In this document: in pieces, positions 9,045 through 17,982 of the stretch | Layout of the letters: the number at the start of each line of letters is the position of its first letter | How positions within the stretch are numbered: the stretch's first letter is position 1 | Source: a virus | DNA length: 64,000 bases | Virus record (IMG/VR): IMGVR_UViG_3300021957_004671 | Location: 12,199-76,198 of that record | Direction: 5' to 3' (one strand) | Notes under the pieces: model-generated | The model's input: the letters and a program-made list of their open reading frames with translations, nothing else | Told to the model about the DNA's origin: nothing | Databases searched by the model: none | Program-made: the position numbers and the translations under genes

Positions 9045-9821
9045 ATGAAAGACCTTTTTAGTATACCGCTGTATCATGAAAATATACTGAATAATAGTTG
9101 CTCTGATGAACTTAATGTAAAGGACATTAATCAATCTGTTATAGATGATTGCGTTGATTTTTATCTTAAAAAGCAAGAGAACTTAGAAGGTACAGATACT
9201 ACTAATCAGACTATAGTACGTACTACTAGTCTTTTTGATGTAAATGGTGAATGGGTTTCTGCAGCTGGAGGCGTAGCAATGACACCGGTTAAGAACTGGT
9301 CATTGTTAGAGTCAGCTATTACTAGAGAAATTACTAACTATGTAAATTATATTTCGAAATATAATGCACTTAAGAAGAGTACTGAATGGGCTAATGAGAC
9401 TTGGTTTAATGTATTAGAGAAGAGTGATACATATGCATGGCATGATCATAACCTATACTTTATTTCTTGCGTTTATTATCCCTCTGAAGGTCCTGGCAAT
9501 CTACCAATTATTTTTAAATCGCCAATGTCTGGTATTATTAATACCTGGTGGCCCGGTCCTACGTTCGGTCGACCAGACATGGATAGATGGAATCAAGAGG
9601 TAGTTATATATCCTAAGAAAGGTGATTTAATTATCTTTCCATCGTGGCTTGAGCATACTGTTAATACTCCTACTCATAGCTTTACTAAGACATCTGAGAT
9701 GGTCGATATGAGCTTTGGTCATACTCAAAGAGATAATAGTGTATCATCAGATGATCCTTATAGAGTATCAATTAATGGTAACTATGGATTGAAAGAGGTT
9801 ATAGATGACATTTCTAAATAA
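9045..9821 (+). CDS. Putative 2OG-Fe(II) oxygenase
   Basis: WFN...HDH...SCVYY, GDLIIFPSWLEH, RVSINGN. Confidence 0.8.
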   Translation: MKDLFSIPLYHENILNNSCSDELNVKDINQSVIDDCVDFYLKKQENLEGTDTTNQTIVRTTSLFDVNGEWVSAAGGVAMTPVKNWSLLESAITREITNYVNYISKYNALKKSTEWANETWFNVLEKSDTYAWHDHNLYFISCVYYPSEGPGNLPIIFKSPMSGIINTWWPGPTFGRPDMDRWNQEVVIYPKKGDLIIFPSWLEHTVNTPTHSFTKTSEMVDMSFGHTQRDNSVSSDDPYRVSINGNYGLKEVIDDISK

Positions 9822-10581
9822 CATGAGTATACCACTTAAGGTGGTTGACATATATGAAGAAAAGTTATTTAATAGATTAAGTACTTCTATTATGGACCAA
9901 TATAATTCTCGTGAACTTAAAGATGGTGTGCAATCTCATCTCAATTTACTAGACGAGAAGCAAGATAAAGGTTCAGGTGCTGATCCACTATCTCTTACAG
10001 ATGGTGGTGATGAGATAAAGAAGATAGTAAGACGTGAGATGGTTAAGTACTGTGAGGATCTCGGAGCAGATAAAAGGTTCGTTTATCAAAAGCTTAATTC
10101 TGACTACGGTATTAGTTGGTGGAATGTATTAGAGAATAAAAAGGATTGGTATCCGATTCATGATCATCGTAACTGGTTTGTATCAGCTGTACTCTATGTA
10201 AAGGTTAACATTAATCAACAACCAACACGATTCAAATCTCCGTTAACTGGATTAATGGATAGCTGGTTTAGACCAGCAGGTAGAATGTTTGGAGTAGGTA
10301 CTAATTGTGCACAAGAGTATGACCATTTCGGTACCTCAGGTCAATTACTTATATTCCCACCTTGGTTAGATCATTCAGTTCCTCCAATCATGCCTAAAGA
10401 GATTGCATCAGTTTTAGAGAACAGTAAACTACCTGGAGTGGATGGAGCGAAGGCTAGATATCAAAAAGCAATAAATGGTAAGACGCCAGTTAGAAGAAAC
10501 ATCTCGAATTCATCTATCCTTTGCGATGACAAAGATGAACAAGAAAATGAACCAAGAATTTCAATTGCATTTAATTTTTAA
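9805..10581 (+). CDS. Putative 2OG-Fe(II) oxygenase (paralog of previous)
   Basis: WWN...HDH...SAVLY, GQLLIFPPWLDH, RISIAFN. Confidence 0.8.
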   Translation: MTFLNNMSIPLKVVDIYEEKLFNRLSTSIMDQYNSRELKDGVQSHLNLLDEKQDKGSGADPLSLTDGGDEIKKIVRREMVKYCEDLGADKRFVYQKLNSDYGISWWNVLENKKDWYPIHDHRNWFVSAVLYVKVNINQQPTRFKSPLTGLMDSWFRPAGRMFGVGTNCAQEYDHFGTSGQLLIFPPWLDHSVPPIMPKEIASVLENSKLPGVDGAKARYQKAINGKTPVRRNISNSSILCDDKDEQENEPRISIAFNF

Positions 10582-10582
10582 G

Positions 10583-10611
10583 TTGACTTTAAAGTCAAGC
10601 TATACTATAAT
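10583..10611 (+). promoter_or_regulatory. Sigma70-type promoter for uvsX with palindrome over -35
   Basis: TTGACT-N17-TATAAT; TTGACTTTAAAGTCAA (10583-98) is a perfect palindrome. Confidence 0.75.
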
Positions 10612-10634
10612 AGGTGATCATTAAGGAGTACGTT

Positions 10635-11720
10635 ATGAGTAAGAATAATTTTTTTAGAGATTTAGTTGAAGATATTAAAGATGAGGATACCGTAATTGCA
10701 GCTGACGGTACCGGCTCTGCCGAGTTTACAGGAACGATTGATACTGGTTCCTATATCCTAAATGCTGCTTTATCAGGCTCTATCTATGGCGGTGTACCTA
10801 ATAATAAGGTTACAGCTTTTGCTGGTGAATCCGCTACTGGTAAGACGTTTTTTGTATTAGGTGTTGTACAGCACTTTCTGGCTACTAATCCAGATGCAGG
10901 TGTTGTATATTATGATACTGAGGCGGCTGTTACTAAAGGTATGATGGAGTCAAGAGGGATTGATACCTCGCGAGTTATTCTCGCTGAGCCTGATACTATT
11001 CAAACCTTCCGTCATCATGCGCTTAAAGTTATTGATGCTTACGAGAAGCAACCTAAGGGTCGCCGCCCTCCAATGATGTTTGTACTTGATTCTCTAGGCC
11101 TACTGTCTACTACTAAAGAGATGGAAGACACCGTCAGCGGTAAGGAGACAAGGGATATGACTAAGGCTCAGCTTATTAAGGCGACCTTTAGAGTACTTAC
11201 GCTTAAGTTAGCTAAGGTACGTATTCCTATGTTGGTTACTAACCATGTCTATGATGTTATAGGTTCATATGTTCCTATGAAAGAGATTGGTGGTGGTACT
11301 GGTCTAAAGTATGCTGCGTCGTCTATTGTGATGCTAGGTAAGAAGAAAGATAGAGAAGGTACTGATGTAGTAGGTAATATTATTAAATGTACTATGCATA
11401 AGTCTCGTCTTACTAAAGAGCAGACTAAGACAGAAGTACGACTATCGTTCACTAAAGGTCTCGATCGTTATTATGGTCTAGTAGGTCTTGCTGTAAAGTA
11501 TGATATCTTTAAGAAAGTATCTACTCGTATTGAATTGCCTGATGGTACTAAAACGTTTGAGAAATCTATCTATAAGGATCCAGAGAAATACTTTACTGAA
11601 GATATTCTTACCAGGCTTAATGAAGCTGCTAAGAAAGAATACTGCTACGGTACAGAAGACGATCCTGCAGATATTGAAGCTGAAGAAGTTGATTTGGAGC
11701 TAGTCGAACAAAATGATTGA
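10635..11720 (+). CDS. uvsX: RecA-like recombinase
   Basis: AGESATGKT, YYDTE, VLDSLG, GGGTGLKYAAS; AAGGAG SD before ATG 10635. Confidence 0.96.
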   Translation: MSKNNFFRDLVEDIKDEDTVIAADGTGSAEFTGTIDTGSYILNAALSGSIYGGVPNNKVTAFAGESATGKTFFVLGVVQHFLATNPDAGVVYYDTEAAVTKGMMESRGIDTSRVILAEPDTIQTFRHHALKVIDAYEKQPKGRRPPMMFVLDSLGLLSTTKEMEDTVSGKETRDMTKAQLIKATFRVLTLKLAKVRIPMLVTNHVYDVIGSYVPMKEIGGGTGLKYAASSIVMLGKKKDREGTDVVGNIIKCTMHKSRLTKEQTKTEVRLSFTKGLDRYYGLVGLAVKYDIFKKVSTRIELPDGTKTFEKSIYKDPEKYFTEDILTRLNEAAKKEYCYGTEDDPADIEAEEVDLELVEQND

Positions 11721-13080
11721 GAAAAGTATTTTCAACGGTCTGCTAAACGATGAAGAGTACGTTAGAAAAACTATACCTTATCTTAAGGAAGATTACTTTT
11801 CTGATCTTGTCGATAAAAAGCTCTTCCTTCTATTCAAAGACTACTATGAGAAGTTTGGTGTTCTACCCTCTAAGGATGCTCTGTTAATTGAGTTATCTGC
11901 TCGTAGTGGTTTGAGTGATGAGCAAGTATCTAATGCATGTGAAGTTATTAGATCTCTCGTACCTGTTGAAGAGAAAGATCGTGAATGGTTAGTTGAAACG
12001 ACTGAGAAGTTCTGTCAAGAAAAAGCTGTCTATAATGCTATTATGGATAGTATTCAGATCATTGATAATAAGAGTCCGGAAGATAAAGGTGCTATTCCGC
12101 AGCTGTTATCTGATGCTCTTTCAGTATCGTTTGATACCCATATCGGTCATGACTTTATTGAGGACGCTACTGCACGTCATGAGTTCTATAATGCAAAAGA
12201 AGTTAAGATACCTTTTGATATCGATCTACTTAATAAAGTCACTAAAGGGGGTCTATCTACGAAGACTCTTAATATAGCTCTTGCTGGCACTGGTGTTGGT
12301 AAGTCGCTATTCATGTGTCATTGCGCTGCTGCTAATCTTGTACAAGGCCGAAACGTACTCTATATCACCTTAGAAATGGCTGAAGAGAAGATTGCAGAGC
12401 GCATTGACGCTAACCTACTTAATGTTACTATGGATGAACTTAAAATGCTTCCTAAGGATGCATATGATAAGAAGATTGAAAGAGTATCGAGTAAGACTAA
12501 AGGTAAGCTTATTGTTAAAGAGTATCCTACTGCTTCTGCTCATACTGGTCACTTTAGACATCTATTAAATGAACTAAAACTTAAGAAAGGTTTCAAGCCT
12601 GATATTATCTATGTTGACTATCTAAATATCTGTTCATCTGCTCGCATTAAAGGTGCTGCAGTTAACTCTTATACATATGTTAAGGCGATCGCTGAAGAGC
12701 TGAGAGGACTAGCTGTTGAATGGGCAGTACCTATTGTATCTGCTACTCAGACTACTCGTTCTGGTTATACTAATACAGATGTAGGACTTGAAGATACTTC
12801 TGAATCGTTCGGACTGCCTGCTACTGCTGACTTTATGTTTGCTATTATCTCTACAGAAGAGCTAGAAGATATGGCTCAAGTAATGTTTAAGCAGCTTAAG
12901 AATCGATACTCTGACCCTAACTATAATAAACGTTTTGTAGTAGGTATTGATAGAGCGAAGATGAGACTATATGATGTAGAGCAAAATGCTCAAGAAGATA
13001 TAGTAGATGATGGACCTGCATTTGATAATAGTCATGCTGGTCAAACGATAATGGCTGAGAAGTTTAACGGATTTAAATAA
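11713..13080 (+). CDS. gp41: Replicative DNA helicase
   Basis: AGTGVGKSLFMC, LEMAEEKIAERID, VDYLNI, SESFGLP, QLKNRY. Confidence 0.97.
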   Translation: MIEKSIFNGLLNDEEYVRKTIPYLKEDYFSDLVDKKLFLLFKDYYEKFGVLPSKDALLIELSARSGLSDEQVSNACEVIRSLVPVEEKDREWLVETTEKFCQEKAVYNAIMDSIQIIDNKSPEDKGAIPQLLSDALSVSFDTHIGHDFIEDATARHEFYNAKEVKIPFDIDLLNKVTKGGLSTKTLNIALAGTGVGKSLFMCHCAAANLVQGRNVLYITLEMAEEKIAERIDANLLNVTMDELKMLPKDAYDKKIERVSSKTKGKLIVKEYPTASAHTGHFRHLLNELKLKKGFKPDIIYVDYLNICSSARIKGAAVNSYTYVKAIAEELRGLAVEWAVPIVSATQTTRSGYTNTDVGLEDTSESFGLPATADFMFAIISTEELEDMAQVMFKQLKNRYSDPNYNKRFVVGIDRAKMRLYDVEQNAQEDIVDDGPAFDNSHAGQTIMAEKFNGFK

Positions 13081-13087
13081 TAAGTAG

Positions 13088-13116
13088 TTGCCTTAAAACG
13101 TGTATGATACTATTAT
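13088..13116 (+). promoter_or_regulatory. Early-type promoter, repeated GTTGCCTTAAAA family
   Basis: TTGCCT-N17-TATTAT. Confidence 0.75.
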
Positions 13117-13144
13117 AAGTAATCATTAACGAAAAGGTAACTAT

Positions 13145-13774
13145 ATGAATATTTTTATACTTGATCAAGACCCTAAGCAAGCAGCTATGATGATGTGTGA
13201 TAAGCATATCAATAAGATGATTATCGAATCTCAGCAGATACTATCCTGTGTATTAGATAAACGATATCAAGAGCGACATCTATCTAAGGATAAAGATGCT
13301 CTTACTCCCTCCAAACAATTAGGTCTACCTCAATACCCTAAAGCTCATGCTAAGCATCCTTGTACATTATGGGCGCTAGAATCTCGTGCTAACTTTAAGT
13401 GGTTACTTAAGCATACTAGACAGTTAGTATCTGAGTATAGTTTCCGTTACCGTGAGCGTAATGGCGCTAGAAAAGTTCATTCGTTAGAAGGCAATCTCTG
13501 CATCTACGAAGCTCAAGGTCAGTATCTAAGCTTCCCTAAGGCTAAACTTACTCCCTTTGCTCAAGCCATGCCTGTAGATTATAAAGAGCCTGGTAATGCA
13601 GTTGCTGCTTATCGTACTTACTATCTTATGGATAAGTCGTTCGCTAAGTGGGAAAAGCATCGTGGTGTTCCTACGTGGTATAAATATGGACGTCTAATGA
13701 TGCTTCATCAAACCCGCGGGTTCCTTTTACGGAGTACTTTTAATGAAACTATTGAAAGCAAGTTTGCGGCTTAA
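13145..13774 (+). CDS. Pyrimidine-dimer DNA glycosylase-like protein
   Basis: MNIFILD...DKHINKMIIESQQILS...HAKHPCTLW...FAQAMP...AYRTYY. Confidence 0.75.
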   Translation: MNIFILDQDPKQAAMMMCDKHINKMIIESQQILSCVLDKRYQERHLSKDKDALTPSKQLGLPQYPKAHAKHPCTLWALESRANFKWLLKHTRQLVSEYSFRYRERNGARKVHSLEGNLCIYEAQGQYLSFPKAKLTPFAQAMPVDYKEPGNAVAAYRTYYLMDKSFAKWEKHRGVPTWYKYGRLMMLHQTRGFLLRSTFNETIESKFAA

Positions 13775-14322
13775 TGAATAATTTTATTGAGCAATACCCT
13801 ACAGCCTTGTCTGATAATATGTGTGATGAGCTAATTGATGAGTGCGAGTCATTGATCAATAGCCATCACCCAGGCGCTGAGTTTATTGACTCTAAATCCC
13901 GAATAGATCATAATATATTTCTTAATGAGTTTGATAGATTCAAACCGTATGTTGAAGAGTTAAAGTATAACTTACATAGACATATGAAAGATTATGCTAA
14001 TAAGAACGAATTAAATTATAGTCAAGAAGATTTAGAAGATACATTTAAGCTTCAAAAGTCCTCAGAAGGTCAAGGTTTCTTTACCTGGCATACTGAACAA
14101 GGCCACGGTAAGAATAACAGATCAAGATATGCAGTATGGATGTATTATCTTAATGATGTTACCGAAGGAGGAGCTACTGAGTTCATGCATCAAAAGATCT
14201 CTGTACAGCCTACTAAAGGTACATTGGTATTATGGCCTGCTTCTTATACTCATGTACATAGAGCAGCACCTAATCTTAAACAAGAAAAATATATCTTAAC
14301 TGGATGGTTTAGATATGAATAG
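13774..14322 (+). CDS. 2OG-Fe(II) oxygenase (prolyl-4-hydroxylase-like)
   Basis: WHTE, YLNDVTEGGATEF, WPASYTHVHR, KYILTGW. Confidence 0.88.
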   Translation: MNNFIEQYPTALSDNMCDELIDECESLINSHHPGAEFIDSKSRIDHNIFLNEFDRFKPYVEELKYNLHRHMKDYANKNELNYSQEDLEDTFKLQKSSEGQGFFTWHTEQGHGKNNRSRYAVWMYYLNDVTEGGATEFMHQKISVQPTKGTLVLWPASYTHVHRAAPNLKQEKYILTGWFRYE

Positions 14323-14325
14323 TAG

Positions 14326-14354
14326 TTGCCTTAAAATACGTTACAGGCTATTAT
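14326..14354 (+). promoter_or_regulatory. Early-type promoter for cd
   Basis: TTGCCT-N17-TATTAT, ATG 6 nt downstream. Confidence 0.72.
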
Positions 14355-14360
14355 AATAAA

Positions 14361-14843
14361 ATGATGAATAAGTATGATGATGCCCATATGGAAGTCGCTA
14401 AGACCTATGCGAAGCTTAGCTCTGCGCGACGAATGCAAGTAGGATGTATACTAGTTAAAGATCAAAAGATTATCTCTATTGGTTATAACGGTATGCCTTC
14501 TGGTTGGACTAATGATTGTGAAGAAGTTGTCTTAACTGATAATCCATTACCTAGTGGAGTAGTATCTTTAGGTAATGATATAAAACTAAAAACAAAGCCG
14601 GAGGTTCTTCATGCGGAGACGAATGCAATCGCAAAGGTTGCGCGCTCAACAGAGTCGGCGGAGGGTGCAACGTGTTATACAACCTGTGCTCCCTGCCTCG
14701 ACTGTGCAAAACTCATCTATCAAGCCGGCATCGAACGTGTCGTATACGGACACAGGTACAAAGACGATAATGGATTAGACTTTTTAACTAAATGTGGAGT
14801 AGAGGTACTAGATTATGAATCAGAGACGCGCGAAGACTTATAA
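14361..14843 (+). CDS. cd: dCMP deaminase
   Basis: GYNG, HAETNAI, PCLDC zinc motifs. Confidence 0.95.
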   Translation: MMNKYDDAHMEVAKTYAKLSSARRMQVGCILVKDQKIISIGYNGMPSGWTNDCEEVVLTDNPLPSGVVSLGNDIKLKTKPEVLHAETNAIAKVARSTESAEGATCYTTCAPCLDCAKLIYQAGIERVVYGHRYKDDNGLDFLTKCGVEVLDYESETREDL

Positions 14844-15024
14844 AGCGACTGGCATGGATGACCATCAGGGCATGCGTCAGTTGCAGTTTATTAAAGCATG
14901 TAAGGTAGCATTAGAAGGCTCAGGCTATGACGATGCTGCATTTTATTTTGAACAGATTGAGGATTGGATTAGGTCTGGGAAGTCTCTTGACCCCGCTAAA
15001 GCAGCTCGAATACTGGGGCTGTAA
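14815..15024 (+). CDS. Hypothetical protein
   Basis: GAGG SD; ORF packs between cd and the next gene. Confidence 0.65.
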   Translation: MNQRRAKTYKATGMDDHQGMRQLQFIKACKVALEGSGYDDAAFYFEQIEDWIRSGKSLDPAKAARILGL

Positions 15025-15025
15025 T

Positions 15026-15640
15026 ATGTCCAAGACAGTATCATATGATGGTTTTATCCATATAGTAAAGGCGACACTCCCTCTAGTAAAAGAAAGGAAA
15101 ATAACACTTGAAGAATTTGGTAGATGCGCTATGCTTGCTTTTGGGGATATTGGGTCTGTACATAGCGGCCTTATTTCTTCTGACATTATCCGTACTCATA
15201 ATCCTACTGGCCGTATGTGGAGAGGTAGTGAAGTCACTCATGAACACTTTAAAACTAGGACAGTTACGTGCAGAGAAATCTGCCAAGAATATCTTGACGG
15301 AAATCTCACAGACGAGAGACTAATAGAATTAATAGAAGAAGGTCGTAAAGTACACTATGTTACTAAGCAAGAAAATATAGACTTATGTGTACATCAACAA
15401 AATAAAGACCTTACTACATGGCAGGAGCAATATGAAGCTTGTGGCATTAAACTTGTAAAAGATGTAGAATTATTCGGTAACAAGACTTACTGGTATAGAG
15501 TTGACGGTATTGCATATGCTGATAAGCATGAAGCAGCTGCAGCTCATTCTTGTGGTTCTTCTACCGTAGTAAATAGATCTCGAAATAAGAAGTTTCCTAA
15601 TTGGAAGGAATATAAATACACAAGCGAACAGTTTAAATAA
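15026..15640 (+). CDS. Putative HNH-like nuclease with C-terminal homing-endonuclease-type HTH
   Basis: THEH...VTKQEN pattern; C-terminal VDGIAY..KHEAAAAH...STVVNR..NKKFPNW resembles NUMOD1/I-TevI-type DNA-binding tail. Confidence 0.5.
   Translation: MSKTVSYDGFIHIVKATLPLVKERKITLEEFGRCAMLAFGDIGSVHSGLISSDIIRTHNPTGRMWRGSEVTHEHFKTRTVTCREICQEYLDGNLTDERLIELIEEGRKVHYVTKQENIDLCVHQQNKDLTTWQEQYEACGIKLVKDVELFGNKTYWYRVDGIAYADKHEAAAAHSCGSSTVVNRSRNKKFPNWKEYKYTSEQFK
15611..15618 (+). promoter_or_regulatory. T4-type late promoter
   Basis: TATAAATA 33 nt upstream of ATG 15652. Confidence 0.75.
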
Positions 15641-15651
15641 TCGGGTGTATA

Positions 15652-16656
15652 ATGCTATCTTTTAGGAAATATTTGCGAGAAAATATGGTTAGACCTTTTA
15701 ATCCTTTATCAATTGGTGATCTACGAAAAGATGAAAACCGGCCTGCTAACTTTATAGCAAAGATAGAAGATGGCACTCCCTTTCAAACAACTCGTAAAGG
15801 TAATGTATTAATAACTAAGACTGAACTTAATAGTGTTAGAGCCTTTATGACAGCTGACAGCGGTAAATATCCCGCCACAAGAACTTCTATGATGGTTAAC
15901 ACCAGTAAAGGTTCACTTAAAATACCTAATGACTTTCTTAAGACTGGTGACTTTGGCGGTAAGGGCCAGGGCTCTGGAACTAGTGCTGAAGATATGGCCA
16001 TGAAAGACTTTAATAAGAAGCTTATAAAGATATTAGAAAAAAATCCTACTGGTGAGATTAAAGTAAGAATTAACGGTAGAATAGTACCTGTTGGTTTAAT
16101 GGTTAAGACAGAAGGTAAGTATCAAGGTAAAGAACCTAAGTCTGATATGACTCTCGTTGATGCTCAAGGAAACCCTCAAGCATATATCTCACATAAAGCG
16201 GGTCGTACTGCTAAAGACTATCAGCAGTATGGTGGCTTATCTTATAGACAATATAATACTAATACTAATATTGCTAACTTTATGAAAGCGGTACAAAAAG
16301 AAGCTCCTGATGGTCTTTCTAGTGGGCAATCATTCTACCGAAAAATATCAGATGACAAGTTAGTAAAAGAAGCCATATATGGACCTGAATATGGTGGTCG
16401 GCCTAGTATAAGTAATATTGATGAGTTTCATCTAGGTAACATGAGCCTTAAAGGTACAGGTGAAGGCCCTTATACTATTACATCTACCCATAAAGGAGCA
16501 AACGGCGATTTACCTAAAGGTCAATTCGAAGCTGTATACTTTATTCGATATCAAGCCAGAAGAGGCGACGCCAGAGCCGGTGGTGAAGTTGTTAAAAATG
16601 CACGAGTAGGTATTTTTCCAATAGCAAAAATTTCTAGTACATCGAGAGAGATATAA
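15652..16656 (+). CDS. Putative PD-(D/E)XK nuclease-fold protein with capsid-targeting-like N-terminus
   Basis: E...PKSD...ISHK...YQQYGG; N-terminus MLSFRKYLRE. Confidence 0.6.
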   Translation: MLSFRKYLRENMVRPFNPLSIGDLRKDENRPANFIAKIEDGTPFQTTRKGNVLITKTELNSVRAFMTADSGKYPATRTSMMVNTSKGSLKIPNDFLKTGDFGGKGQGSGTSAEDMAMKDFNKKLIKILEKNPTGEIKVRINGRIVPVGLMVKTEGKYQGKEPKSDMTLVDAQGNPQAYISHKAGRTAKDYQQYGGLSYRQYNTNTNIANFMKAVQKEAPDGLSSGQSFYRKISDDKLVKEAIYGPEYGGRPSISNIDEFHLGNMSLKGTGEGPYTITSTHKGANGDLPKGQFEAVYFIRYQARRGDARAGGEVVKNARVGIFPIAKISSTSREI

Positions 16657-17894
16657 TGATAAAGTTTAAAACTTATATTGAAGAGTCAAAGAATACTCAT
16701 ATGGAACATTTAGAAGATAATGTTCTTAACGGCGGTGTAAAGGGTGCACGACAGTCGATCAACTTTCTTCGCCAACTACGAGATGCCCTCTCCGGTGACG
16801 CGAGAGAAGCTGTTAATGCTACTGTTAAATGGGACGGAGCTCCTGCTATCTTTGTAGGTAATGATCCTTCTGATGGCAAGTTCTTTGTTGCTAAAAAAGG
16901 TATCTTTAATAAGAACCCTAAAGTATATAAAACTAAAGCTGATGTCGATGCTGATACGTCTGGTGATTTAGCCGATAAGTTAAATATGGCTCTTACAATG
17001 CTATCTGGAATGAAGATTGACGGTGTTGTTCAAGGCGACTTTCTATTTAGTTCGAGTGATTTAAAATCGCAGAACATTGACGGTGAAACATATGTAGTGT
17101 TTCATCCTAATACTATTGCTTATGCTGTACCTAAGAAGTCTTCTTTAGGTAAGAAGATCTTAAACTCTAAGATGGGTGTTGTATGGCATACAATGTATAA
17201 AGGTAATTCATTTGAAACTATGAGAGCCTCCTTTGGTGCTGATGTTAGTAAGTTCGGTAACATTCCAGGTGTATGGCAAATTGATGCTGGTTATGAAGAT
17301 GTATCTGGATCTGCAACTATGACTAAAGCAGAGACTGCTGAAGTAACAAAACATCTTGCAGCAGCTGGTAAGACCTTTAATAAAATTAAAGCTACTAACT
17401 TAAACTTCATTGCAGATAATGATGAACTATTAGCCAGAATGAAAGTATATCATAACTCTCGTATTAGAGAAGGTCAAGAGATTAAGAATCCTACTGCCCA
17501 TGCTAAAGGTATGGTTCAATATATGATGGCATACGAAAAGAAAGAGCTTGCTAAGCGTAAAACTGAAAGAGGTAAGGACGGTTTCAGAACTAAGTTTGAG
17601 CCTATTAAAAAGTTTATTGCTAATACTCCTATACAACAGATAGTTGCTATCTACGAACTTCAAATGCACTTAGTTCATACTAAGAAACTTATTATTGATA
17701 AGATGAATAGAGCATCTAAACTAAAAACATTCCTTAAGACTCGTAAAGGGTTTACTATTACTGGTGAAGAAGGTTATGTAGCCATTGATAAACTATCAGG
17801 TAATGCAGTTAAGTTAGTAGATAGACTAGAATTCAGCTATGCTAACTTTAGTGATGATATTATAAAAGGATGGCAAAACGACTCAAGACGCTAA
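16656..17894 (+). CDS. Conserved T4-like protein with ligase-like KxDG motif (DUF6267-like)
   Basis: NTHMEHLED, TVKWDGAPA, QGDFLF, EEGYV, KLVDRLEFS; N-terminus MIKFKTYIEE. Confidence 0.7.
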   Translation: MIKFKTYIEESKNTHMEHLEDNVLNGGVKGARQSINFLRQLRDALSGDAREAVNATVKWDGAPAIFVGNDPSDGKFFVAKKGIFNKNPKVYKTKADVDADTSGDLADKLNMALTMLSGMKIDGVVQGDFLFSSSDLKSQNIDGETYVVFHPNTIAYAVPKKSSLGKKILNSKMGVVWHTMYKGNSFETMRASFGADVSKFGNIPGVWQIDAGYEDVSGSATMTKAETAEVTKHLAAAGKTFNKIKATNLNFIADNDELLARMKVYHNSRIREGQEIKNPTAHAKGMVQYMMAYEKKELAKRKTERGKDGFRTKFEPIKKFIANTPIQQIVAIYELQMHLVHTKKLIIDKMNRASKLKTFLKTRKGFTITGEEGYVAIDKLSGNAVKLVDRLEFSYANFSDDIIKGWQNDSRR

Positions 17895-17905
17895 ATTTAG
17901 TTTAG

Positions 17906-17912
17906 CTAAATA
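17906..17912 (+). promoter_or_regulatory. Late promoter
   Basis: CTAAATA, predicted start ~17918. Confidence 0.7.
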
Positions 17913-17917
17913 TTAAC

Positions 17918-17978
17918 GTGAGTAAGGCTATTAGCAAACCTCATAGATGACAGGTAAGGTTTAACAAACCCTGGGGAA
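17918..17978 (+). promoter_or_regulatory. Tandem structured RNA leader (two GUAAGG...CAAACC hairpins)
   Basis: Two hairpins with identical UAAG/AAAC internal loops but different, compensated stems; second abuts SD GGGGAA. Confidence 0.7.
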
Positions 17979-17982
17979 TAAA

